Source of the DNA: Camelus dromedarius
Taxonomy: Eukaryota
Direction: 5' to 3'
Assembly: GCF_036321535.1 (NCBI RefSeq)
Contig: NC_087436.1
Location: 55,678,001-55,742,000 of the forward strand
Length of the DNA: 64,000 nt
In this document: one piece after another, positions 53,110 through 64,000 of the stretch
Layout of the letters: the number at the start of each line of letters is the position of its first letter
How positions within the stretch are numbered: the first letter of the stretch is position 1
The notes under the pieces: model-generated
Database searches by the model: none
Told to the model about the DNA's origin: nothing
What the model saw: only the letters and a program-made list of their open reading frames with translations
Made by a program: the position numbers and the translations under genes

Positions 53110-53790
53110 TCTCTTTGCACCCACTAAGGACCATCTTGTACACTGGGCCACAAAGATGAATGAGAGCAAGTTGGCTTCTTTAGGAATTCACTGTCTTGTG
53201 GAAGAGAAAAAGATATTAAAACCATAATAGTGAAAAGTGCTAAAGAACATCTAGATGCAATGTGTTGCAGAGAAATGATCGATTTAATTCTGAATATTTA
53301 TACATGGTTTAGTACTGGTACATTATAGCCTAAGTATTTATTCTAAACTGTACATTCACAACAATTGCTAGAGAAGTTCCATGTGAAAAGTAAAACGCGG
53401 CTCAGAGATTTTAAATAATAATATGATAAATAAGAAGCAGATGCAGGGCACAGATCTTAGACTTCTGACTTTAGATCCTCTGCCCTTTCCAGGATTATGA
53501 CATTGAACCTAGTGTTGCAGGAGGGGTGCACAGGATGGAAGGGAATTGTAGTAGACAGAAAGTGGGATCACAGCTTCCACAGAATGGAGGATTAAGATAA
53601 AGAAATAGTCTTAATTTTCTTCTCTCTGTAAAGAGGACCACAGATCCTAACAGGAGGGCAGTTATGAAGATGTGGTGATACTGAGGAGCAGCGCAGAGCC
53701 CCTGCAAGGACCTCATACATGGAGGCGTTGCTGCTGCTAAAGTGTAGGAGATATAAGGCTGGTGATAAGTCTGGAAAATTAGAGAAATAC
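53110..53790 (-). mobile_element. L2 fragment with embedded MIR (~53300-53490)
   Basis: L2: aagatgaatgagagc...ggaattcactgtcttgtgg. MIR: aaaacgcggctcagagatt...cttctgactttagatcctctgccctttcc. Confidence 0.55.
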
Positions 53791-54609
53791 TGATGCCCTG
53801 ATCAGTATCGTGACTTAGTCTAACTTTATATGTTTGTTAATTCCCTATGCCTGAAATGCCTCGGATTTTCACATGATTCATGGTACTTGATTAGTAAATC
53901 TCTCTTAGTAAATCAATCATATTCCATCTTTTTAAAAATTATAGTTAAGTCCAATTTCTCACCTTACTCTAATGGTGAGATTAACAAGAGCACTTTAATA
54001 ATCTTTACCAGTCTAAACAATTAGTATAATGTTTAAAATTGGAAAATGCTCATTTTCAATTTTTTTGTATTAAGGTTTATATGAAACATGAAACGTAAGA
54101 TTTTCTAGACTCATATAGCCAGCCCTAGTGCCAATTTGCAGTACTCAACGTATATTTGAATGAATGAATGTGCAATGCCTATTTGTTGATGGATTAGTGT
54201 GTTTGAAGTTCCTGAAGGTTATATTTGATAGGAAAGACCTTATTTTGCATTCTGTTGTATGACCTATATTTGGAGGCTTTGGCATAAGTTACTTTAAAAA
54301 CAAGTAATTTGTGTAAAGTATATTTGCAAGTGAATGACCCCATATATTTAATGTATGTATAAGCAGTTTTTTCAGTCAGCTGAACTCATTAGGGTGCAGT
54401 CAAGAAATGGTGGGTTTTTTTTTTTTTTTACTCTCTTACAAATATCTTCAACATAATTTATTAGATCTTCTTTTCTTGCTGTAAACACAACTCGATCTGA
54501 TCCCACAGAGTTTAGTTTTCACCTCTTAGAAGAGTCTTTGAACATTTTCATTTTCAGGGTGTTGAGATGTTCAGTCTAATCTAAATAAAAATTTTAATCT
54601 CACAACCAA

Positions 54610-55560
54610 ATTAAAAATTTCTCCTGTCCTTCACATCTGAAATGAGTAGTGGCTCAATGGCCAGCATTGTAGAAGGAAGGAGCTGGTCTGTATTTCACTC
54701 TCCATTGTTCCTGGCTTTCTTCCTATAGTCAGACAAAGGGGAGGAGAGATTAGATGGGCAGAGTTGAAGGCTTGTTTACTTAGCTGGTGAATATTTGTTG
54801 ACTATAAAACATTCTCTGTCATGGAAGGTGTTCTAGTAGTTTCTTCATAACCTAGAGGAGTGGGGGTGGGGGCTCCTCATTGTACAGTTGGCTCCTGTGA
54901 TAGGGGACGCATTCCAGTGACTTCCCAGTACTTCCCCATAGCTGCTGACTTTCTCTGTCCAGTCTCCCACACCCAGTGGCAGGCCTCTTGTGTGGAACCT
55001 TTCAGGTGACTCACAACTATTCACCTCGTTAGCCTACCTGCCCTCATTCACCCTTACCCATGGTAAAAGCATACATAAAAAATCCTCTCTCCACTGCCCT
55101 CTTTCCACATGCTTTTCTAACCCACAGCCTCAATCCATTCTACCACATGTCAAGTTCTCTCAATAACTTTTCTAACGTATCTTTCTGTTAACAGCATTGT
55201 AAAGACCTAAAATTTCTGCAGGTCGGCAAGCATGAAGCCTAGGTATGCGATGACACTCTCCTCTTTTTGTATGCCTTTCCCAAACCTCCCAACAGATTCT
55301 CTTGCACCCACCTGCTTCCCCCAAACTAATTGTCTTGGTAGTTGAGGTGGTGGAAAACATACTCTAACCAGTTTCTATTGAAGAACTGCCCTCTCCAAAA
55401 AAGCTCCCTAACATCCTCTTTTATGAGGTAAGGATGGTCAGTACTTACCACACTGTCTAGACATGTCTAGAACCCCACTTAAGAATATGAACACACTTAT
55501 ATCTAATTTGTTCAGCTTTGTGGCTTACCTCAGAAACAATGAAGTAAGTAATAAATGACG
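54610..55560 (-). mobile_element. Ancient ERV LTR (LTR78-like), degenerate
   Basis: gggcagagttgaaggcttgtttacttagctggtg...cttcccagtacttccccatagctgctgac...cccacacccagtggcaggcc resembles the recalled LTR78 antisense. Family uncertain. Confidence 0.35.
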
Positions 55561-56127
55561 GATAAGAAGTTAAAGCTATCAATAATGATAGATTATTAAA
55601 GACAAAAAGATTATGTGCTTATATTGTATTGTTAGTAAATTCATTTGTATACATGCACAAAGTGAAAGGATCAATAATAGATGAAGAAGAGATTACAGAC
55701 TTTCCTGGAATAACAAAAATTCCTTGATTGTGAGGTTTTGATTATGAGTATTCCAGTCTTCTCAGGATTTGAAGCATTGATGACAGTTGACTTAAAACCA
55801 GACCATGACCTCAGAGATGTTGACTTGGCTATGAATAGACACATCCTCAACATTATGAAATGGAACCACTTTGTCCCCAACCCTCTAACATTTTTAAAAG
55901 ACTATATTTGACACTGCCCTGTTATCCTGATAGCATGGAATAAATAAAATATACATGTAGGAGGACATCTCATTCCACATGAAACGACCATTTTTTTCAA
56001 TTGGAAAAAGATGAATAGTTAGAAATATATATTAGCTAAATTAAAAAACTGTCAAATTTCAAAGTTTACAAAATAGAAAGCAGTTCAAAATGACACTTTA
56101 TATTTTAACTCAAATATATACTGATTG

Positions 56128-56448
56128 ATTTATGATAAAAACTCTTCCCAAAGTGGGTATAGAGTGAGCATATCTCAACATAATAAAAGCTATTCATGAC
56201 AAACCCACAGCCAGCATAATACTCAATGGTGAAAAACACAAAGCCTTCCCACCAAAATCTGGAACAAGACAATTCTCACTACTTCTATTCAACATAGTCT
56301 TGGAAGTCCTAGCCACAGCAATCAGGAAAGAAAAAGAAATAAAAGGATCCAAATTGGAAGAGAAAAAGTAAAATTGTCACTGTATGCAGATGACATGATA
56401 CTATATATAGAAAACCCTAAAAGCTCTACTCGAAAACTACCAGAGCTG
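56128..56448 (+). mobile_element. L1 ORF2 RT-core fragment (YADD), no 3' end
   Basis: Translates [22 protein letters not shown]...[21 protein letters not shown]...[22 protein letters not shown] at 56383-56394. Confidence 0.93.
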
Positions 56449-58279
56449 TCCATTCAGTCCTTTTGTGTCTTTTGATTGGAGCATTTAGTCCATTTAGATT
56501 TAAGGTAATAATTGATATGTAAGTACTTATGGCCATTTTGTCCATTGTTTTGGAGTTATTTTTGTAGGTCTTTTTTTTCTTTTTTCTTTTTTTTTTCTTT
56601 TCTTTTCTTCTTTTGTTCTCTTCTCTTGTGATTTGATGACTATCTTCAGTGTTATGTTCAGATTTCTTTTTCTTTTTTGTGTGTATATCCATTATAGATT
56701 TTGGTTTGTGGTTACTATGTTTTGGTATAGCAGTCTATATATATATGATTGCTTTAAGTTGCTGATCTCTTAATTTCAAATGCATTTTATATACCCTGCA
56801 TTTGTCCTCTGCTCCATTCATAATTACTGTTTTTGAGATTATATTTTACATTTGTTTTGTGTATCCCTTAACTGTTTATTGTGGATACAGATGATATTTC
56901 TACTTTTGTCTTTCAACCCTTGTACTAGTTTCTGTGTGGATGATTTCCTACCTTGACTGTATGCTTGCCTTTACTGGTGAACTTTTCCATTTTGTAATTT
57001 TCTTGTTTCTACTTGTGGGCTTTTTTTTTTTTTTTTTTTTTCCCTGCCTAGAGGTGTTCCTTTAGTGTTTGTTGTAAGGCTAGTTTAGTGGTGCAGAATT
57101 CTTCTAGCTTTTGCTTGTCTGTAAAGCTTTTGATTTCTCCATCAAATCTGAATAAGTGCCTTTGCTGAGTAGAGTATTCTTGGTTGTAGGATTTTTTCCT
57201 TTCATCACTTTAAATATATCATGCCACTCCCTTCTGGCCTGCAGAGTTTCTGCTGAAAAATCAGCTGATAGTCTTATGGGAATTCCCTTGTATGTTATTT
57301 GTTGCTTTTCCCTTGTTGTTTTTAATATTGTCTCTATATCTTTAATTTTTATCACCTTAATTTCAATGTGTCCTAGGTGTGTTCCTCTTAGGGTTAATAC
57401 TATATGAAACCCTGTGCTTCCTGGACTTGGGTGACTGTTTCCTTTCCCAAGTTATGGCAGTTTTCAGCTATTATCTCTTCAAATATTTTTTCAGTCCCTT
57501 TCTCTCTCTCTTCTCCATTTGGGACCCCTAATAATGCAATTAGTGTGTTTGATGTTATCCCAGAGGTCTCCTAAACTGTCCTGATTTCTTTTCATTCTTT
57601 TTTTTCTGTTCTGAAGTAGTGATTTTCACTATTCTGTCATCCAGCTCACTATCCGTTCTTCTGCCTCATTTAGTCTACTATTGATTCCTTTTAGTGTATT
57701 TTTCATTTCAGTTATTATATTCTGCAACTCTGATTGTTCTTTATAATTCTTTGTTAAAAACTTCTAACCTCTTGCTCTGTGCATCCATGCTCCTCTTGAG
57801 TTCTTGGATCATCTTTATGATCATTACTCTAAGCTTGGTCCCAGTGAGCATGAGATTTTGTGTGCTTCCTTCAAGAGTGAAGTCTCTGTTTCCCTCAGTC
57901 CTGTGGAGCCCTGCAACTAAGCCCCGCTGTCTTTCAAAGCCAAATATCGTGGGGGTACCTATTCCTAGTGTCAGAATCCCAGGTTGGGGAGCCTGATATG
58001 GGGTTCAGAACTTTCACTCCTCTGGAAGAACCTGTGCAATATAATTATTCTCCAGTTTGTGGGTCACCCACCTGGAGGGCAGATGATCTGGTTATATCAC
58101 GAGTCTTCTCCTACCTGTTACTTTGTGGTTTCTTTATGACTTTAGTTATGGAAGATCTGTTCTGGTAGGTTCCAGTCTTTTTTATCGATGGCTCTTCTGC
58201 AGTTAGTTGTGATTTTGGTGTGTTCATGAAAGGAGATGAGCTCTGCTTCCTGCTACTCTGCCATCTTGGCTGCCAGCCA
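56447..58279 (-). mobile_element. Cetartiodactyl L1 5' half: 5'UTR, ORF1, inter-ORF spacer and first ~30 codons of ORF2
   Basis: 5' end aagatggc (plus strand gccatctt at 58260-58267). ORF1: REKQQITYKGIPIRLSADFSAETLQARREWHDIFKVMK. ORF2 start: MAISTYISIITLNLNGLNAPIKRH..EW. Confidence 0.93.
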
Positions 58280-58889
58280 CAAATTCTATTAAGCTTTCAC
58301 TTCCTGATTTCTACCTCTGTGGTAAATAAGGATATCGTATACAGTAGAGAGGAAAGAAAGAGCAGCATGTTGAATAAAATGTATGTATATAATATTTGAA
58401 AATATAATTTCAAAGAATTAGAATTATCCCCCTCCACGCCCCTTAGAGCTTTCAAAATCCTTCTTATTGAAATCTCATGTAGGGGAAGGCTCAGCTATTA
58501 TCTTTTTTAAATTAAATAATACTCTAAATGTTATAAGCCTAAATGGGCTTATAATTCTCCTAAGAGAGCCATGTTAAATTAGTAATTTAATTATTTTTAT
58601 TTTAGTTTGGGAGTTAAAATACAGTTATCCCTTGGACTGTTTATACTGTTAATAGAGATCATCTTCAAGGGATGAGATTATGAGATACTTTATTTTCTTC
58701 TTTATAAATCTACAAATTTTAAAAATTTTATTTTAAAAATGCATATATACTCTGCTAAACAAAAATAACATAATTTAATTTTCAATTAAAAAGAAACAGG
58801 TTTGTGCTCTCAAAAGCTTTGATAATGCCAACAAAATTCATTATCAAGAAAAAAATAGCAGTATATTATAGAATATTTCTTCTTTAATT

Positions 58890-59020
58890 TGTATAAGAAT
58901 CACCAGGGAAATTGCTTAAAAAACAAATACTTTGAAATATATTTGAGGTGGACCCTGAGATTCCATATTTCTTACAGGCTTCCAAGTAATGAGGATCTGA
59001 GACCACAATTTGTATAGCAT
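58890..59020. mobile_element. MER5A-like fragment
   Basis: agaatcaccagggaaattgcttaaaa...gaggtggaccctgagattccatatttcttacaggcttccaagt...gaccacaatttgtatagca. Confidence 0.7.
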
Positions 59021-60929
59021 GCATATAGAAATAATTATTAATTTTGGCAGTAGGCAGGGTTAAATCTCTTTTTTTCAGAATTTATTTTGTGTGGGAATTT
59101 CATTTTGCTTTGTTTATTGTTTTTTAATGCCAAATTCTGACAATTAAATGAGATAGTGACTATAAAATTCTTAGCTGAATGCCTGGCAGTGGTAAAAGTC
59201 ATATAGTTTGTGATGTTAAAATTAATTTGTACTGTCAAACAACAAGAAAAAAGTTTACTCTTCAACTATAATTAGGCAGAAGAGCCAAACAACTAGTTAA
59301 AAGGAGATAATTTAATTACTCACTAATTTGCCAAACATATTTCTGAAAATAAATAAAGCCAATAAAAACTTTCACAAAATTAAGGACAAAATTATGATTT
59401 TGGTATTTTAACTTCCTTTTTTTTTTTTTTTTTTAGGATTGCACTAATTTGGCACTGAAAAGAAGTTTTAAAAGTAGTCATGTTCTCTATGTAGTAAAAT
59501 TCCATTCTCTTTTAGAAGCCCCAAGGGTAGCAGCAATAGGAAAATATGAAGTAAAAGAAAATTTCAACTACAATACACAATCTTGATGACCTTTTGTTCT
59601 TGAGATGGAGTGAGGAGAAATACAAGAACAAGCGAGAGGCCTTATGGAGAGCCCCACAGATCTTGAGACATTGTCAACAGTTTTTGAAACATAATATATT
59701 CCCTTGTGCTTGGCAAAGCTTCAGATGAGCAGCTAAATGTTGAGATGGATATCCGAACTGAACCTCTTCAACTTTTGGAGGCTCACCTGTCATCCCTGAA
59801 TGTATAATCAGATCACCTCTTTCTCTCTCTGCCTTCCCCCTGGAAAAATCTCCAGTATTAATTCTTGCCATTTTCTCATCTTTCAGCACTTTTCCCTTCT
59901 GTATGCGAGGTAGCTGCAGTCCAATCAAGAGCTCATCTCCATTGAGAGTTCAGGGACACGTAACACCCTACCTTATACACTTAAAGTCAAAATAGAATAC
60001 CCATCACCGACCTCCGAGAAATAAAACAATCCTGCGCTTCTTCCTGTGAAAATCAACATTTCTAAAGGGGTTAGCTTGATGGGCAAAGCTTTTTGGCCAG
60101 CTCTTCACATATTTTTATCTTCTCCCTGTAGAGTTGTCAGGCTTCCTGTTATGATAGCACAGAACTGATTCAGACTCACATCTGCGAATGGCTCTCTGAT
60201 TTTCTTTCCCTAATAAATGGGAAATAAAATTAAGGACAAAGAGGTTTTGGGTTTTTTTTTTTTCTATTTTGGTTTTTACTTTTTGTTTTTATCAGAATCT
60301 CAAAATGCTTATTAATTCAGCAACCCCATCTTTGGATAAATTGATGAAGTCTTCATAAGCTCAAAGCCTGACTGCTTGCTTCCTTCTACATACTGTTCTT
60401 CATGGATAGTTTGATTGAGAAAATGCACGCAGGCCTCTTCCCTCCTGCTGGGGGCACATTCTTCAGTTGCATGAAGCTGGATATATTGATTTCTATTTGT
60501 GGACTTAGAAATCTTGAAGCTCCTTGCTTATTTCCAAACTAGCTGTGCAGTGTGAAAAAGTAGATGAGAGGCTTAGTTTAAAATTAGCTTTCAAAATAGT
60601 TTTATAATTCGATTACCAAATTCCTAACTTTTTCTAGAGCCAAAACAATTAGGCAGCAACTCTCCTTGAATGCACTGTAAAAGGGGCTCTTGATACAGTG
60701 CCCAACAGTTAAAAACTTTGCAGTGTAGATATTCAGGGGCCATGCTATTTTAATTGCCTTGCAATTGTTAATTGTTTATGAGGGCTCCTCAAGGGCCAAG
60801 TCTTTGCTCACTGGGTATCCCAGAACTGAGCCTAGCATATATGATTCCCACCTCAAAATTCATTTTTCCATGGAATAATTACATTGGGGAGTTATGAAGC
60901 CCTGAACAATGAGTACATTGCAAACTAGA

Positions 60930-61340
60930 AAGGAGGGAGGCAGCTGTGGAAGTTTTTGTTTGAGAGAGCTAAATGAGTGCAATGAAAGACCAGCTTCTTC
61001 ACAGCGGTAGCAGCTCTGGTCATACATGGTCTCAAATTTAAGAGTAGCATGAGGGAGTGCACCACTGTCCATTTCTTCAGTGCTTTAGCAGAAGCCTTCT
61101 GAGTCCAACACGATTGGTTCTTATTGGCATGGCTTGAGTCACATGTTCACTCCTCGCCAGGGAGAAAGTTATGTCCTAATTCCAGTTGGTCTTTGAAAAC
61201 AAGTTCCACCTTAGGGATAGAGAGCGCAGCCCTCCCCAAACCACCTGGGTTGAGAATGGAGAAAAGTAGATTCTTCACAATATTTTGAGTGTTATTACTG
61301 GATGTGGGATGATCATATAAAGAGTCTAGATCCACTCTCA
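60930..61340 (-). mobile_element. Old MLT1J/K/L-type MaLR LTR fragment
   Basis: cttattggcatggcttgagtcacatgttcactcct...ccccaaaccacctgggttgagaatgg. Confidence 0.55.
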
Positions 61341-61345
61341 CATGT

Positions 61346-61388
61346 GCACACACACAGACACACACAGACACACACACACTCACACACA
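61346..61388. repeat. Imperfect (CA)n microsatellite
   Basis: Directly visible. Confidence 0.9.
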
Positions 61389-61796
61389 AATGTCTACCAC
61401 AATTAGGTACTCCAATCAGATTGATGTTTTTAACCTTACGTTCTTTCCACTCCAGTAAGAGACTGATGTGTGATGTTCTATAGAGAAGTTAGATGCTGAG
61501 AAAGAAAACCCCAGTGCTTACTAGCTTCTGTCTAGATACCGGTTGCCTGGTCTATGCAATGAGAAGAGGATCTTATCAATCTAAAAATAGTGAGCCATTT
61601 TTTACTTTTAAGAAGAATGTGACAGATTTAAGCTACAAAATTCTATATATCTGAGTGTTTGTGCTTGAATTCTCTTGTGGCAGCATTTCCCCAGTTATAT
61701 TAAAAGTAAATAAGTTACTATTTACCATTTGCAACACTGTGCTAAGCATTTCATATGGATAATCTTATTTAATCCTTAGAGAAACCTCATAAGAGA

Positions 61797-62345
61797 GTGT
61801 ATTTATTAGAATATTTTAGCTGTAATTTATTTCAAAAAAATACTACCTCAACTGGCATAAACAATAAAGCCAATTATTATCTGAAAGAGCAAAACATACT
61901 GAAGGTGGAGTGTTGTCAGGTGGGCTGTGAACATGGCTCCAGGAATTTTTAAATTTGCCTTCGGGTTAACTTTATCATCAAGCTACCTGCCGTCATGCTT
62001 GCCAGATATCTGACGTTAACCATTGAGACAAAATCCATTCATATTTACTTTAAAAGGAGAGAAAAAACTTCCTCTCTTCCAGAATGGTGAAATAAATCTG
62101 TCCTTTTATTTTGAGTCAGATAACTCAGACTCCATGCTCACAACTGGGTTTAAAGTGTTCTTGGGAGAATGTCATGTACTGATTAGATAAAGCATAGCTT
62201 GAGAGCCTAAATCAACTGCTGGGTTAGATATACCACAACCCACTCTTGGAGATGGAGGAGGTGAAGTCACCTTCCCCCAAGTCTTTGGCTTGCTTGGGGA
62301 CGTCATGGGACCTGAACAAAATCAGTAAGAAGGGCTTATGATCTG
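61797..62345 (-). mobile_element. MLT1K-type MaLR LTR inserted in a MIR (61700-61796, resuming ~62510-62640)
   Basis: tgtatttattagaatattttagctgtaa...ctcaactggcataaacaataaag...tgtcatgtactgattag...ggtgaagtcaccttcccc...ctgaacaaaatcag. Confidence 0.65.
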
Positions 62346-63725
62346 CGGCATCCATGTTATTTATCATCAATATATGGATATATTTGAAAGTGACAAATAT
62401 CAAACTAGTCAGAATGCCACTATAACAGACATGAACTGAATTTATCGCATGCAAAGGAGGATACACGATTACCCTATTTTTTGTATGCTGTTAGCAATAA
62501 ATATTTTCTACTACAGGGAGTATTATTATCATAGCCATTTTAGTAAGCAAGACACAAAGTTTATAGTTTGGTCAAGTATATTCTCAAAATTACTTAGGAA
62601 GTGTTGATCTGGGCTTAAAACTATCCCAAGTATTTCCTATTCACTTTTAGATGACTTGGTTGACCATGGAGAATTTTATTCCCCTTGTTCTCAGAACAGT
62701 AGATAAGTGGCACTTTTCATGTGGTAAGTTTCTCAAATGGATGTACTTTATTTTCATTTTCTGTCTTCAATATTTATACAGCTATGCTAGTAAGTATAAT
62801 TACTTCCATTATACAATAATTTAATGCACATAGTGATCCTTTCTACCTAAGAGGAGAAGTCTATCTTAGTGGGAGATGAACAAAAACAAACCAAGCTATA
62901 GATTGGTGGCACCATCTATACTGCACCAGCCCTCTTCAGCCTATGGCCATATCGGCACTCTGGGCCTCCATGAGCAGATCTAACAGGAACTGACAAGTGT
63001 ATATGCCCTGGAATGACATGCATACAACGTGCTAATAAAGTGATTACCTTAGAAATCCAATTAGAAGTGAAATCACACTCTTCTTTTAATTATTTGCAGG
63101 GGATGGGTCAGCCAAATCTTCTCTCCTATGGGATATAAGAAATTACTTTAAGATCCACAGTGTAAATTTCTAGTTTAATAACCTGTACTGCTTCCTTAGT
63201 GGATGTTAACAAACCAGATTTTAGAGTTTATGTTCAAATACGTACTCTCAAATTTGTGCCTTCAGAACAGCTATTTCCTACAAGATACAATCAGCAAAAT
63301 CCCTATAGTTGAGAGAGATACTAAACATGTCAGGATATTCTACCCTGAGCCAGAAAACTGCTATTTGAAAATACTTTAGGGCTTAACAAGTATTTCTCCA
63401 AATATTGTGGATGTTTCTTAGGTCAGCTCTTTTTTATGAGCCATTGAACACACAACAAATGCAGACACTCCTTCCCACTGTAGTACATGTGATGGATTAT
63501 AAGTGATATATTGCAAAGAAGGCACATCTCGCTTAAAATTCCAAATATACAGCATATTAAATAGGACGAAATAAATCTCTTACTATTGTCAGACCAATTG
63601 CCTACAATATTTAGAACTGTTGCCAATCAGTGTTACTTCTCTAGTTATCTCTGGGACCTTGTCTAGAATGATGTGAATTTTTGAGATATTTGTGCACAGC
63701 CAGCATGACACACAGTACATGTGCC

Positions 63726-63870
63726 GAAGGAAGGAAGGAAGGAAGGGGAAGGAGGGAGAGAGGAAGGCAGGAAGAGGGGGAGGGAGGGAGGGAGGAAGGA
63801 CAGAAGGATGCACGGAAGGAAGGAAGGAAGGAAGGAAGGAAGGAAGGAAGGAAGGAAGGAAAAGAAAAAA
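63726..63870. repeat. (GGAA)n/(GGGA)n polypurine tract
   Basis: Directly visible. Follows a probable L2 3' end at ~63645-63725. Confidence 0.95.
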
Positions 63871-64000
63871 GACACAGAAGAATATATGTTGACAAATGGA
63901 AGTCCTACTGCTCATCACCTGTTTGGAGACACCTGGCTTATTCTATCAGCTTCTAATTGGTCTCTGAACATCACTCTCAATTCTCCGCTAATCATTCTTT

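Noticed and set aside
59674..59928. 84-aa minus-strand ORF and a plus-strand DEQLNVEMDIRTEPLQ frame
   Set aside because: No homology recognised. May be an old L2-like relic.
63589..63956. Cluster of PSFL/GRKE-repeat ORFs
   Set aside because: Translations of the (GGAA)n simple repeat.

Overview
AT-rich, CpG-poor mammalian genomic DNA, either intergenic or deep intronic. I can support no protein-coding gene, RNA gene or CpG island. The ORF-track entries are short chance ORFs, microsatellite translations, or sense/antisense reads of L1 and ERV relics. A large part of the window is recognisable interspersed repeat: L1 of several ages, L2, MIR, CR1/L3, MaLR and LTR16 LTRs, ERV1 solo LTRs, a decayed ERVL gag-pro-pol, MER5/MER3/Tigger DNA transposons and microsatellites. 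The youngest L1 3' ends resemble camelid (alpaca/llama/camel) L1s as I recall them, and I saw no BovB/Bov-A, PRE-1, Alu or B1, so the source is probably Camelidae (inference). The most unusual structure is an LTR-less ERVL relic whose 5' gag segment (25961-26494) is inverted relative to the rest of the element, with a 13-bp duplication at the inversion point, which is the twin-priming geometry. Two internal L1 fragments without poly(A) or TSD also sit at apparent deletion junctions. I found no convincing previously undescribed biological system. Repeat family names come from recalled consensus sequences, not a database search, and boundaries of old elements are approximate.
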